A stretch of DNA of 24,000 bases, taken from contig ASKX01000006.1 of NCBI GenBank assembly GCA_000398025.1, positions 14,759 through 38,758 on the forward strand. The letters are read 5' to 3'. The first letter of the stretch is position 1. Each line of letters starts with the position of its first letter. Made by a program: the position numbers and the translations under genes. This DNA comes from Candidatus Paceibacter normanii SCGC AAA255-P19. Lineage in GTDB: Bacteria; Patescibacteriota; Minisyncoccia; Minisyncoccales; Paceibacteraceae. Below the pieces are notes generated by a model. That model was given only the letters and a program-made list of their open reading frames with translations, had not been told where the DNA came from and ran no database searches. Of this stretch, positions 6,154 to 12,660 are shown piece after piece.

Positions 6154-7149
6154 TTACCACAAAGATATACTTTCTATAAAATTAAAATCTTCAACCTCTT
6201 TAAAATGCTCTGATAAACCTTCTGAGTTATGGTAAGTATATTTTGCCCCAAACTCATTATCGGCATTAAATAAATCAAGAAGATATCGCTGATCGCATGC
6301 CCAACACGATTTATCATCTATATTATATGAAACTATGTATGGTGTAGGATCATTGCTGATAATTTTGTATTCTATATAATTTCCGCAATTTATCTTGTAT
6401 TTTCTATTATCATGAAGGTTGATTATTTCTCTTTCTTGCGTTTGTCCACCCCAGTTATAATTAGCTATATTTAAATCGTGTTCTGTTAAATCATGTTTTG
6501 GCATAACCCATTTCACGTAATATCCGTTATCAAACCCTATTATAATTGGGTAAATCCAGACACAATGATTAAAATTACACACACTCCATTCTGTAATAAG
6601 TTCGTTTTTTCCGTCTGAGTCAATATCTCCTATATGTGCTTGGGTTAATAATAGAGGCGCCCTAAAAGATCCCTCTTCTTCTATGTAGGTTTGGTCCAAG
6701 GCCAAAGGGATAAGTTTATAGACTAATTCATAATCTCGAGTCGCGGGATTAAAGTCGTAAAAAAGAATTCCAGAATAGGTGTCTGGGAAAGTTTCGGGTT
6801 CTCTCGCACTAAACCACCCGGCATGTTCGAAATAATCAAAGTTTTGAATCAGAACTATCCTTGTTTCATATTCAGATCCGGTTAATTCTTTAGTTTTAAT
6901 TTCCTTCTCCTCTAACTCATTGGTTAAAAATTCATAGCGAAAAATTAAATCTCTGCTAAGCATTTTCTGATATTGCGAGTAATCCTTATAAAAATCCCAT
7001 ACAAAGTTAACAGAAAAACCAATCACTATACCAATAATAAGGGAAATTAAAATTTTATTGCTGAAAATTTTTTGAAATTTCATAATCCGTTCTTTTCCCT
7101 TTAAAAATATTTGCCTTACTTTAATTTTATATTTTGTAAAATCTTCCAT
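6154..7149 (-). CDS. hypothetical membrane-anchored protein with a DxDxDG (FG-GAP/VCBS-like) motif
   Basis: 331-aa ORF with an N-terminal TM segment (ILISLIIGIVIGFSVNFVW) and GDIDSDGKNELI. An alternative start at 7083 (MKFQKIF) is possible. The gene is AT-rich. Confidence 0.75.
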   Translation of the reverse strand: MEDFTKYKIKVRQIFLKGKERIMKFQKIFSNKILISLIIGIVIGFSVNFVWDFYKDYSQYQKMLSRDLIFRYEFLTNELEEKEIKTKELTGSEYETRIVLIQNFDYFEHAGWFSAREPETFPDTYSGILFYDFNPATRDYELVYKLIPLALDQTYIEEEGSFRAPLLLTQAHIGDIDSDGKNELITEWSVCNFNHCVWIYPIIIGFDNGYYVKWVMPKHDLTEHDLNIANYNWGGQTQEREIINLHDNRKYKINCGNYIEYKIISNDPTPYIVSYNIDDKSCWACDQRYLLDLFNADNEFGAKYTYHNSEGLSEHFKEVEDFNFIESISLW

Positions 7150-7225
7150 AAATTTTCTTCAACTTCGGGCTAAATTTTAGCTATTTCTACTTTCAGAATA
7201 GCCCCGATTTTTAGAAAATTCAAGG

Positions 7226-7295
7226 TAAAATAAAAATTGCCCAGCGATGGGCTTTTAGCATAAACGTCGCTTTACATAGACTGTAGGACCCAAAT
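7226..7295 (+). repeat. direct-repeat copy 2 (hairpin GCCCA-gcga-TGGGC at 7239-7252)
   Basis: aaaataaaaaTtgcccagcgatgggctttta ... tgtaggacccaaat. It has the same orientation and internal spacing as copy 1. Confidence 0.7.
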
Positions 7296-7330
7296 AAGCT
7301 TTTAACTCCTGAAGCTACGCAGTGCGACGT

Positions 7331-7357
7331 AAAAAACCGCCCTCTTAAGAAAACGGT
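7331..7357 (-). terminator. rho-independent terminator of the VIT gene
   Basis: The minus strand reads ACCGTTTTCTTAAGAGGGCGGT (a hairpin with G-U pairs) followed by TTTTTT. Confidence 0.55.
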
Positions 7358-7414
7358 CAGAACGAACTCCGCTGGCTGGACGATTTTAGATTTGAATAAA
7401 GAGTGTCGTTTTTA

Positions 7415-7897
7415 TTAACTAAGAGTCGCAACCCAATCACCAATACAACGAGTAATGATAACAACTAAAATAGCAATGGAAATGTGTTCTAAAATAACCC
7501 AGTGGGGCTTTTGCTGTTGTTGTCTAGCAATATAGAAACTAAAAATTCCAATTGAAAATAACCCCCATAATACGCTAATGATAATTGCCGTAGACAGCGG
7601 AAGAATTAAAATTGGTATGACAAAAGTTAAAGCAACGACAAATTTAGAAAGCAAAGTGGAAATAGTTGATTCCCAGATTTCCCTTTGAGTGCGTTTTTCC
7701 TCTGACTCCTGTGAAATATGAATCCCCAAAGCGTCAGAAAGCGCATCGGCGACTGCGATAAACAAAATACCTCCCATAACCACTATTTTTGAATGAGTGC
7801 CCGAATGTAATCCCACCATCAATCCCAAAGTAGTAATAATTCCTGAAGTTAAGCCGAAACTAAAGCCGATTTTAAATGACTGTTTGATATTGAGCAT
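7415..7897 (-). CDS. VIT1/CCC1-family (iron/manganese transporter-like) membrane protein
   Basis: 160 aa. GLTSGIITTLGLMVGL and AVADALSDALG blocks, a central acidic loop and C-terminal TM helices are typical of short VIT-family proteins. Confidence 0.8.
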   Translation of the reverse strand: MLNIKQSFKIGFSFGLTSGIITTLGLMVGLHSGTHSKIVVMGGILFIAVADALSDALGIHISQESEEKRTQREIWESTISTLLSKFVVALTFVIPILILPLSTAIIISVLWGLFSIGIFSFYIARQQQQKPHWVILEHISIAILVVIITRCIGDWVATLS

Positions 7898-7903
7898 TTT
7901 TCT

Positions 7904-7912
7904 ATTCTACCA
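7904..7912 (-). promoter_or_regulatory. extended -10 (TGgTAGAAT) six nt from the VIT ATG, implying a leaderless mRNA
   Basis: The minus strand reads TGGTAGAAT agaaaa ATG. Confidence 0.45.
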
Positions 7913-8015
7913 AAAAAACCGCCTAATTGGTAATTTTGTTACTCTTTGCGCCTCATTCATAGATTGGACGCCCATCGCCAGCTTCACGGCGGGAAAAACT
8001 TAATGAGCCTGCTGT

Positions 8016-8046
8016 TAATAAAAAGCAAGGGTCAAAAGGCCCTTGC
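8016..8046 (-). terminator. rho-independent terminator of the 77-aa gene
   Basis: The minus strand reads GCAAGGG ccttttga CCCTTGC followed by TTTTTATT. Confidence 0.65.
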
Positions 8047-8054
8047 CAAATGTG

Positions 8055-8288
8055 CTAATGTCCTCTCCCTCCACAGCATGAAAAACATAAAACACTTGCA
8101 CAGAACGCCGCATCTCTTTCGTTCGTAAAGGCAGCGTAATCAATACCTTCAGCAAATCCGCCACGCTTCGCAATTATAGGCTCACCTTGCAGAGTTGCCT
8201 GAAAAGTATCTTTACGCCACTCTTCTTCTGAAACCTGTGCTGGATGTACGTTGATTTCCGGCCCTCTATCAACAACAAAAATATTCAT
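8055..8288 (-). CDS. hypothetical small protein (77 aa) with a Cys-rich C-terminus
   Basis: ATG start preceded by AAGGAGG with a 9-nt spacing. It has its own promoter-like TTGACC-16-TAAACT (8353-8326) and its own terminator. Its GC is higher than its neighbours. The tail is CASVLCFSCCGGRGH. Confidence 0.65.
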   Translation of the reverse strand: MNIFVVDRGPEINVHPAQVSEEEWRKDTFQATLQGEPIIAKRGGFAEGIDYAAFTNERDAAFCASVLCFSCCGGRGH

Positions 8289-8373
8289 CCTGCCTATCCT
8301 CCTTGTCTTCTGTAAGATTAGTCTCAGTTTATCAATTTTAAAAGAGAGGTCAAGGATTTATTTCGGTATGTAA

Positions 8374-9219
8374 TTACCGAAAAAGTATACCAGCTTCTTC
8401 AATTAATGGATATAAGGATTTTTGAGATATTTTGAATTTTTTGGCGAATTTTTGAGGATCAATTTTTAATACGTCTTTGGCCAGCATTATTTTTTCTGAA
8501 ACAAAAATGTCTTTTAAGTATCCTTTTAGGGATGGTAAAATAGTTACAGGATAAAGCCCTTCTTTTTCTATTAAATTCTCCAGACCCTCTTTTTTGGGAT
8601 ATCTCCAGCCCAAAAGCTCAATTCCTGAACATCGAGAATAAGCAATAGCCCGATTGGTAAATTTTGTATTGGTAACCATAATGGTTTTAATCTGGGAATT
8701 CTGGTATTTCTTTGATTTGAGATATTTTCCTTTTAAGATGTCTTGGAAACGAGCCTGGTTAGCTAAGACTTCTTTGGAATGAACTCTTTCTCCTGGCAAA
8801 TTTCGGTATTTACACTCCCCTACATAAACTAGTTTATTCTTTTGGGCCAGGAAATCTGTTTCGTAGCTAGAAAGGCAAAAGCCTGGAAGATATTGATTAA
8901 TTTTCACTCGGAAACCTTGCTTTTTGAAGATTTCCCCAATATATTTTTCAAAAGGAAAGCCCGTCGGCCCCAATTTTCTCATTCCGGCTTTCAAAGAGAA
9001 CCTTAAAGCAGATTTTGGGGTTCTTCGGGAAAGTATTTTTTTGGCTTTTTTATAAATTTCAAAGGTTTTGATTCCAGGAAAAGCTTCATTGCTAATGATT
9101 TTGGCAATTTCTTTGGCTAAAGAGGGTTTAGCCCCAGCCCTTCTGGCTGAATTATATACCTTATCAAAAGAAAACGGCTCTTTCTCTCCCTTTGAGTTAA
9201 CTACATAAAGAGGGCTCAT
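8374..9219 (-). CDS. ATP-cone domain fused to a Mrr-like PD-(D/E)xK restriction-endonuclease-fold domain
   Basis: The N-terminus YVVNSKGEKEPFSFDKVYNSARRAG...TFEIYKKAKKIL fits the ATP-cone pattern. The central FEKYIGEIFKKQGFRV...ETDFLAQKNKLVYVGECKY fits a D...E-x-K nuclease core. Confidence 0.8.
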   Translation of the reverse strand: MSPLYVVNSKGEKEPFSFDKVYNSARRAGAKPSLAKEIAKIISNEAFPGIKTFEIYKKAKKILSRRTPKSALRFSLKAGMRKLGPTGFPFEKYIGEIFKKQGFRVKINQYLPGFCLSSYETDFLAQKNKLVYVGECKYRNLPGERVHSKEVLANQARFQDILKGKYLKSKKYQNSQIKTIMVTNTKFTNRAIAYSRCSGIELLGWRYPKKEGLENLIEKEGLYPVTILPSLKGYLKDIFVSEKIMLAKDVLKIDPQKFAKKFKISQKSLYPLIEEAGILFR

Positions 9220-9245
9220 TTTTTTTCTTTAACCTTATTATCCAT

Positions 9246-9267
9246 CCGATATGAGTACCGATATGAG
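9246..9267. repeat. tandem direct repeat CCGATATGAG-ta-CCGATATGAG in the nuclease gene's upstream region
   Basis: Direct reading. The repeat lies 27-48 nt upstream of the ATG at 9219 on the minus strand. Confidence 0.6.
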
Positions 9268-9337
9268 ACTATGTAACAAAACCTCTTAATAAACGTCATA
9301 ATTTTAAGGGAAGGAAACTAAAAGACGTGTCTTTTGT

Positions 9338-9376
9338 CCGCTCCAACATCCAATTAGGCAGGAGCGGTTTTTCTTT
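9338..9376. terminator. terminator-like hairpin just beyond the uppS stop
   Basis: CCGCTCC (9338-9344), a 16-nt loop, GGAGCGG (9361-9367), then TTTTTCTTT on the plus strand. On the minus strand a second small hairpin and a U-rich tract follow. Confidence 0.5.
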
Positions 9377-10070
9377 AGTGGCCAAATCTCCGGCTGCGCC
9401 GGTTATATTCTTCTATTGCTTCATCTAAATCCTTTTCGGTAAAGGCTGGCCAGTATTTTTTAGGAAAATAGAGTTCAGAATAAGCCCCTTGCCAAATAAC
9501 AAAATTAGAAAGCCGCCGCTCCCCGCCTGCCCGAATAATCAAATCTGGGTCGGGCAGGCCAGCAGTAGAAAGATGCTGACTAATTAAGTCTTCAGTAATT
9601 TTTGAGGCAGGGATTTTCTTTCTAACAATCTTTTGAACTGCCTGAGTAATATCCCACCTGCCACCATAACTTATGGCTAAGTTCAATTGAAGATCTTTAT
9701 TATTTTTAGTTAAGTTCTCAATCTTAACAATGGCTTTTTGGAGGGACTTGGGCAATCTTTTTTTTTGGCCAATTATCTTTACCTTAACTTGATATTTTTG
9801 GATGTCTTTGACATGCTTTTTGTCAGAAATGCCCCTTTCCAATAATTTCATTAAATAGATCACCTCTCTTTTTGTTCTATCCCAGTTCTCAGTTGAAAAC
9901 CCAAAAGCGGTCAAAACTTTCACTCCTCTTTTTTGGCACCACTGGCAAAATTTAAGTAAATTTTTATAACCTTCCCAATGGCCTTTTAAAGTTGGCAATC
10001 CCCTTTCTTTGGCCCAGCGCCGATTACCATCGGGAAATAAAACAATATGAATTGGAATTTGTTTCTTCAT
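9375..10070 (-). CDS. uppS: undecaprenyl-diphosphate synthase (cis-prenyltransferase)
   Basis: IVLFPDGNRRWAKERG, GFSTENW and IRAGGERRLSNF motifs. I chose the start at ATG 10070 (MKKQIPIH). An in-frame alternative ATG at 10121 lies inside a hairpin-repeat copy. The ORF-track start at 10187 is unlikely. Confidence 0.9.
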   Translation of the reverse strand: MKKQIPIHIVLFPDGNRRWAKERGLPTLKGHWEGYKNLLKFCQWCQKRGVKVLTAFGFSTENWDRTKREVIYLMKLLERGISDKKHVKDIQKYQVKVKIIGQKKRLPKSLQKAIVKIENLTKNNKDLQLNLAISYGGRWDITQAVQKIVRKKIPASKITEDLISQHLSTAGLPDPDLIIRAGGERRLSNFVIWQGAYSELYFPKKYWPAFTEKDLDEAIEEYNRRSRRFGH

Positions 10071-10275
10071 AAACCAAGCTTTTATAATGTGAAAGCGAAG
10101 GTGAAGATGAAGGAACTTCATCGCCTCCCCTTTCGACTCTAATTGGCGCCTTCTCTTGCTGCCGGGCCGTAATGAAACCGGCAGCAAAAGAAAGCAAAGA
10201 GATTAAAATAACTCCAATTAGTAAAATTATATCATCTAAATGGCATTGGACAAATTCTTTAATTTTTGCTAGCAT
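10024..10275 (-). CDS. possible small membrane protein whose C-terminus is encoded by a hairpin-repeat copy
   Basis: It has an ATG start and a strongly hydrophobic helix (IILLIGVILISLLSFAAGFI). The tail GGDEVPSSSPSLSH is the repeat read in frame. It overlaps the uppS 5' end by 47 nt. This call is weakly supported. Confidence 0.3.
   Translation of the reverse strand: MLAKIKEFVQCHLDDIILLIGVILISLLSFAAGFITARQQEKAPIRVERGGDEVPSSSPSLSHYKSLVYEETNSNSYCFISRW
10091..10125 (+). repeat. hairpin-repeat family copy (GATGAA subfamily, reference copy)
   Basis: GAAAGCGAAGGTGAA, then GATGAAG / gaa / CTTCATC, then GCC. Confidence 0.75.
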
Positions 10276-10282
10276 AATATAT

Positions 10283-10555
10283 ATGGCGAAGACAAAAGCA
10301 GCTGGTGCTACAAAATTAGGCAGAGACTCTCAACCAAAATATTTGGGTGTTAAGCTATTTGGGGGCCAGAAGGCTCTTGTTGGCCAGGTTTTAATTCGCC
10401 AGCGAGGAACTAAATTTCTTCCCGGAAGAAATGTCAAAAAAGGCAGCGATGACACTTTATACGCTTTGAAGAAAGGGGTAGTTCGCTTTCAAACCAAAAG
10501 AAAAAAAGGTTTTGATGGTTCTCAAAGAATAGCTAAAATTGTTAACGTCGAGTAG
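10283..10555 (+). CDS. rpmA: 50S ribosomal protein L27
   Basis: MAKTKAAGATKLGRDSQPKYLGVKLFGG...IRQRGTKF. The start at 10283 lies 7 nt after TGcTAGCAT and is probably leaderless. The ORF-track start at 10172 is rejected. Confidence 0.93.
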   Translation: MAKTKAAGATKLGRDSQPKYLGVKLFGGQKALVGQVLIRQRGTKFLPGRNVKKGSDDTLYALKKGVVRFQTKRKKGFDGSQRIAKIVNVE

Positions 10556-12164
10556 TAGCCACCCGGATAAACTCTCTGAATAATGGATGCGGCCTGAGGG
10601 GCCGCGATTTAAATTCGGGATGAAATTGAGTAGCCACAAAAAAGGGGTGTTTGGGGATTTCGATTATCTCAACAAGGTCTTTTTCTGGGTTTGTCCCGGC
10701 CATAACCATACCTTTAGCTCTCAGGGTCTCTCTAAACTCGTTATTTAGCTCGTAGCGGTGCCTATGACGCTCAGAGACATTAGAACGACCATAGACCCTA
10801 AAACTGGCTGTTTTGGGCCTAATTTGGCACTTGTAGGCACCTAACCTCATCGTTCCTCCGTATTTTTTCTCTTTTAGAAGGTTTTTTTGCTCGGGCATGA
10901 CATCAATCACCGGATATTTACAATCAGGAACAAACTCAGTAGAATTGGCCCCTTTCAACTTACAAACATTTCTGGCAAATTCTACTACTGCTAATTGCAT
11001 CCCTAAGCAAAGTCCCAAGTAAGGGATTTTTTGTTTTCGGCAAAATTCAATAGCTTTAATTTTGCCTTCCACTCCCCTGCTGCCAAAACCTCCAGGAACA
11101 ATTATCCCATCATATTTTTTTAGCTCTTTAAGCTTTTTGGGGTCTTTCTCATAATCTTCAGCTCCCAGCCAATAAATCTCGGGTTTTCTTTTATAAAACC
11201 AGGCAGCGTGTTTTATAGCTTCAATTACGGAAATATAAGAGTCCGCTAAAGTAAACTTGCCTGTCTCAAAATATTTTCCCACCATACCAATCTTAACTGG
11301 CTTTTTGGCCGTTTTAATTGTTTTGACCAATCTTTGCCAATCTTTTAAATTGTGTTTTCTTGTTTTCATTCCAAACTTTTTTAATATTCGGCTCCCTAAA
11401 TTTTCTTTTTCGAAATTAACCGGTATCTCATAAATTGATTCAATATCGGGAGCAGAAATAACGTTTTCTTTGGCCACATTACAAAAAACAGAAATTTTCC
11501 TTTTTCTAGGTTCATCTAAAGGAACCCGAGAACGACCCAAAATAATATCTGGCTGAATACCAGCCTCATTTAATAGTCTAACTGCTGTTTGGGTTGGTTT
11601 TGTTTTCATTTCGCCAATCATTTCCGGGATTGGCAAATAAGTAACCAAAATAAAAACAACATCTTTTGGTTTCTGCAATCTCAACATTCTGGCTGCTTCC
11701 AAAAAGAGGAGGTTTTGATACTCCCCAACTGTCCCGCCAATCTCAATTAAAACAAAATCAGCCTTAGTTTCCTTGGCTGCTTTATTAATTCTACTAATAA
11801 CTTCGTTGGGAATGTCGGGAACGACTTCCACACAACGACCCCCATATTCTAAATTTCTTTCCCGGTGAACCACGGTCTCATAAACTCGGCCGGTAGTCAT
11901 GTAATTTACTCGAGAAAGGTCTTCATCTAAAAATCTCTCGTAATTCCCGACGTCCTGGTCGCACTCATCTCCGTCATCAGTTACAAAAATTTCCCCATGT
12001 TCTATGGGGTTCATGGTTCCAGCGTCGACATTGATATAAGGGTCAATTTTTACTGCCGTGGCCCGAAACCCTTTACTTTTCAAAATTCTTCCAATGGAAG
12101 CCACCGCCACTCCTTTACCGATGCCGGACATTACGCCACCAGCAACAAATATATAACGTGCCAT
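10542..12164 (-). CDS. pyrG: CTP synthase
   Basis: 540 aa. N-terminus YIFVAGGVMSGIGKG, and a C-terminal glutamine amidotransferase domain with GLCLGMQ and HRHRYE. Confidence 0.97.
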   Translation of the reverse strand: MARYIFVAGGVMSGIGKGVAVASIGRILKSKGFRATAVKIDPYINVDAGTMNPIEHGEIFVTDDGDECDQDVGNYERFLDEDLSRVNYMTTGRVYETVVHRERNLEYGGRCVEVVPDIPNEVISRINKAAKETKADFVLIEIGGTVGEYQNLLFLEAARMLRLQKPKDVVFILVTYLPIPEMIGEMKTKPTQTAVRLLNEAGIQPDIILGRSRVPLDEPRKRKISVFCNVAKENVISAPDIESIYEIPVNFEKENLGSRILKKFGMKTRKHNLKDWQRLVKTIKTAKKPVKIGMVGKYFETGKFTLADSYISVIEAIKHAAWFYKRKPEIYWLGAEDYEKDPKKLKELKKYDGIIVPGGFGSRGVEGKIKAIEFCRKQKIPYLGLCLGMQLAVVEFARNVCKLKGANSTEFVPDCKYPVIDVMPEQKNLLKEKKYGGTMRLGAYKCQIRPKTASFRVYGRSNVSERHRHRYELNNEFRETLRAKGMVMAGTNPEKDLVEIIEIPKHPFFVATQFHPEFKSRPLRPHPLFREFIRVATTRR

Positions 12165-12177
12165 GTAATTCGGATTT

Positions 12178-12633
12178 TTATTGCTGTTCCTCTTCTTTGG
12201 TAATAATTAACCTGATTTCTGCTTCTAAATTGTGGTCAAGTTTAATTTTTACCGGAAATTCGCCGAGTTCCTTTATGGATTCTGGTAATTCAATTTGGCT
12301 TTTCTTTAAATCAAAACCGGCTTCCTTTAATTTTTCTGAAATTTTTTGAGAGGTGACTGACTCAAAGAGCTGGTCTTGCTCGCCAACCTTAACCGGGATG
12401 ATAATTTCTTGGTCGTCAATAGCCGAAGCCAACTCCTGGATTTTCTTCAAATCCTCTTCGGCTTTTTTGGCTTCTATTTCTTTTTGAGTCTCCAGCCAAA
12501 CTAAAGCCTCCCTAGTAGCTGGTTTAGCTAGACCCTTAGGAATTAAAAAATTTCTGGCGTGACCATTAGATACTTCTTTGACTTCGTGCTTCTTCCCTAG
12601 TTTTTCTATGTCTTGCAATAATATTACCCGCAT
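12178..12633 (-). CDS. rplI: 50S ribosomal protein L9
   Basis: MRVILLQDIEKLGKKHEVKEVSNGHARNFLIPKGLA is a canonical L9 N-terminus. Confidence 0.93.
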   Translation of the reverse strand: MRVILLQDIEKLGKKHEVKEVSNGHARNFLIPKGLAKPATREALVWLETQKEIEAKKAEEDLKKIQELASAIDDQEIIIPVKVGEQDQLFESVTSQKISEKLKEAGFDLKKSQIELPESIKELGEFPVKIKLDHNLEAEIRLIITKEEEQQ

Positions 12634-12660
12634 GAAATTTTTGTTTATTACTAAATTATA

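Noticed and set aside
9338-9376. Plus-strand intrinsic terminator with no plus-strand gene upstream, considered as the end of a small RNA starting near 9305
   Set aside because: No convincing promoter was found. The hairpin lies 7 nt beyond the uppS stop, and on the minus strand it is followed by a second hairpin and a U-rich tract. A bidirectional uppS terminator is the simpler reading.
10542-10555. Convergent gene-end overlaps (rpmA/pyrG 14 nt; GT39/ftsQ 27 nt at 20275-20301) as possible antisense regulation
   Set aside because: Short 3'-end overlaps are common in compact genomes. No extra structure or motif was seen in the overlaps.
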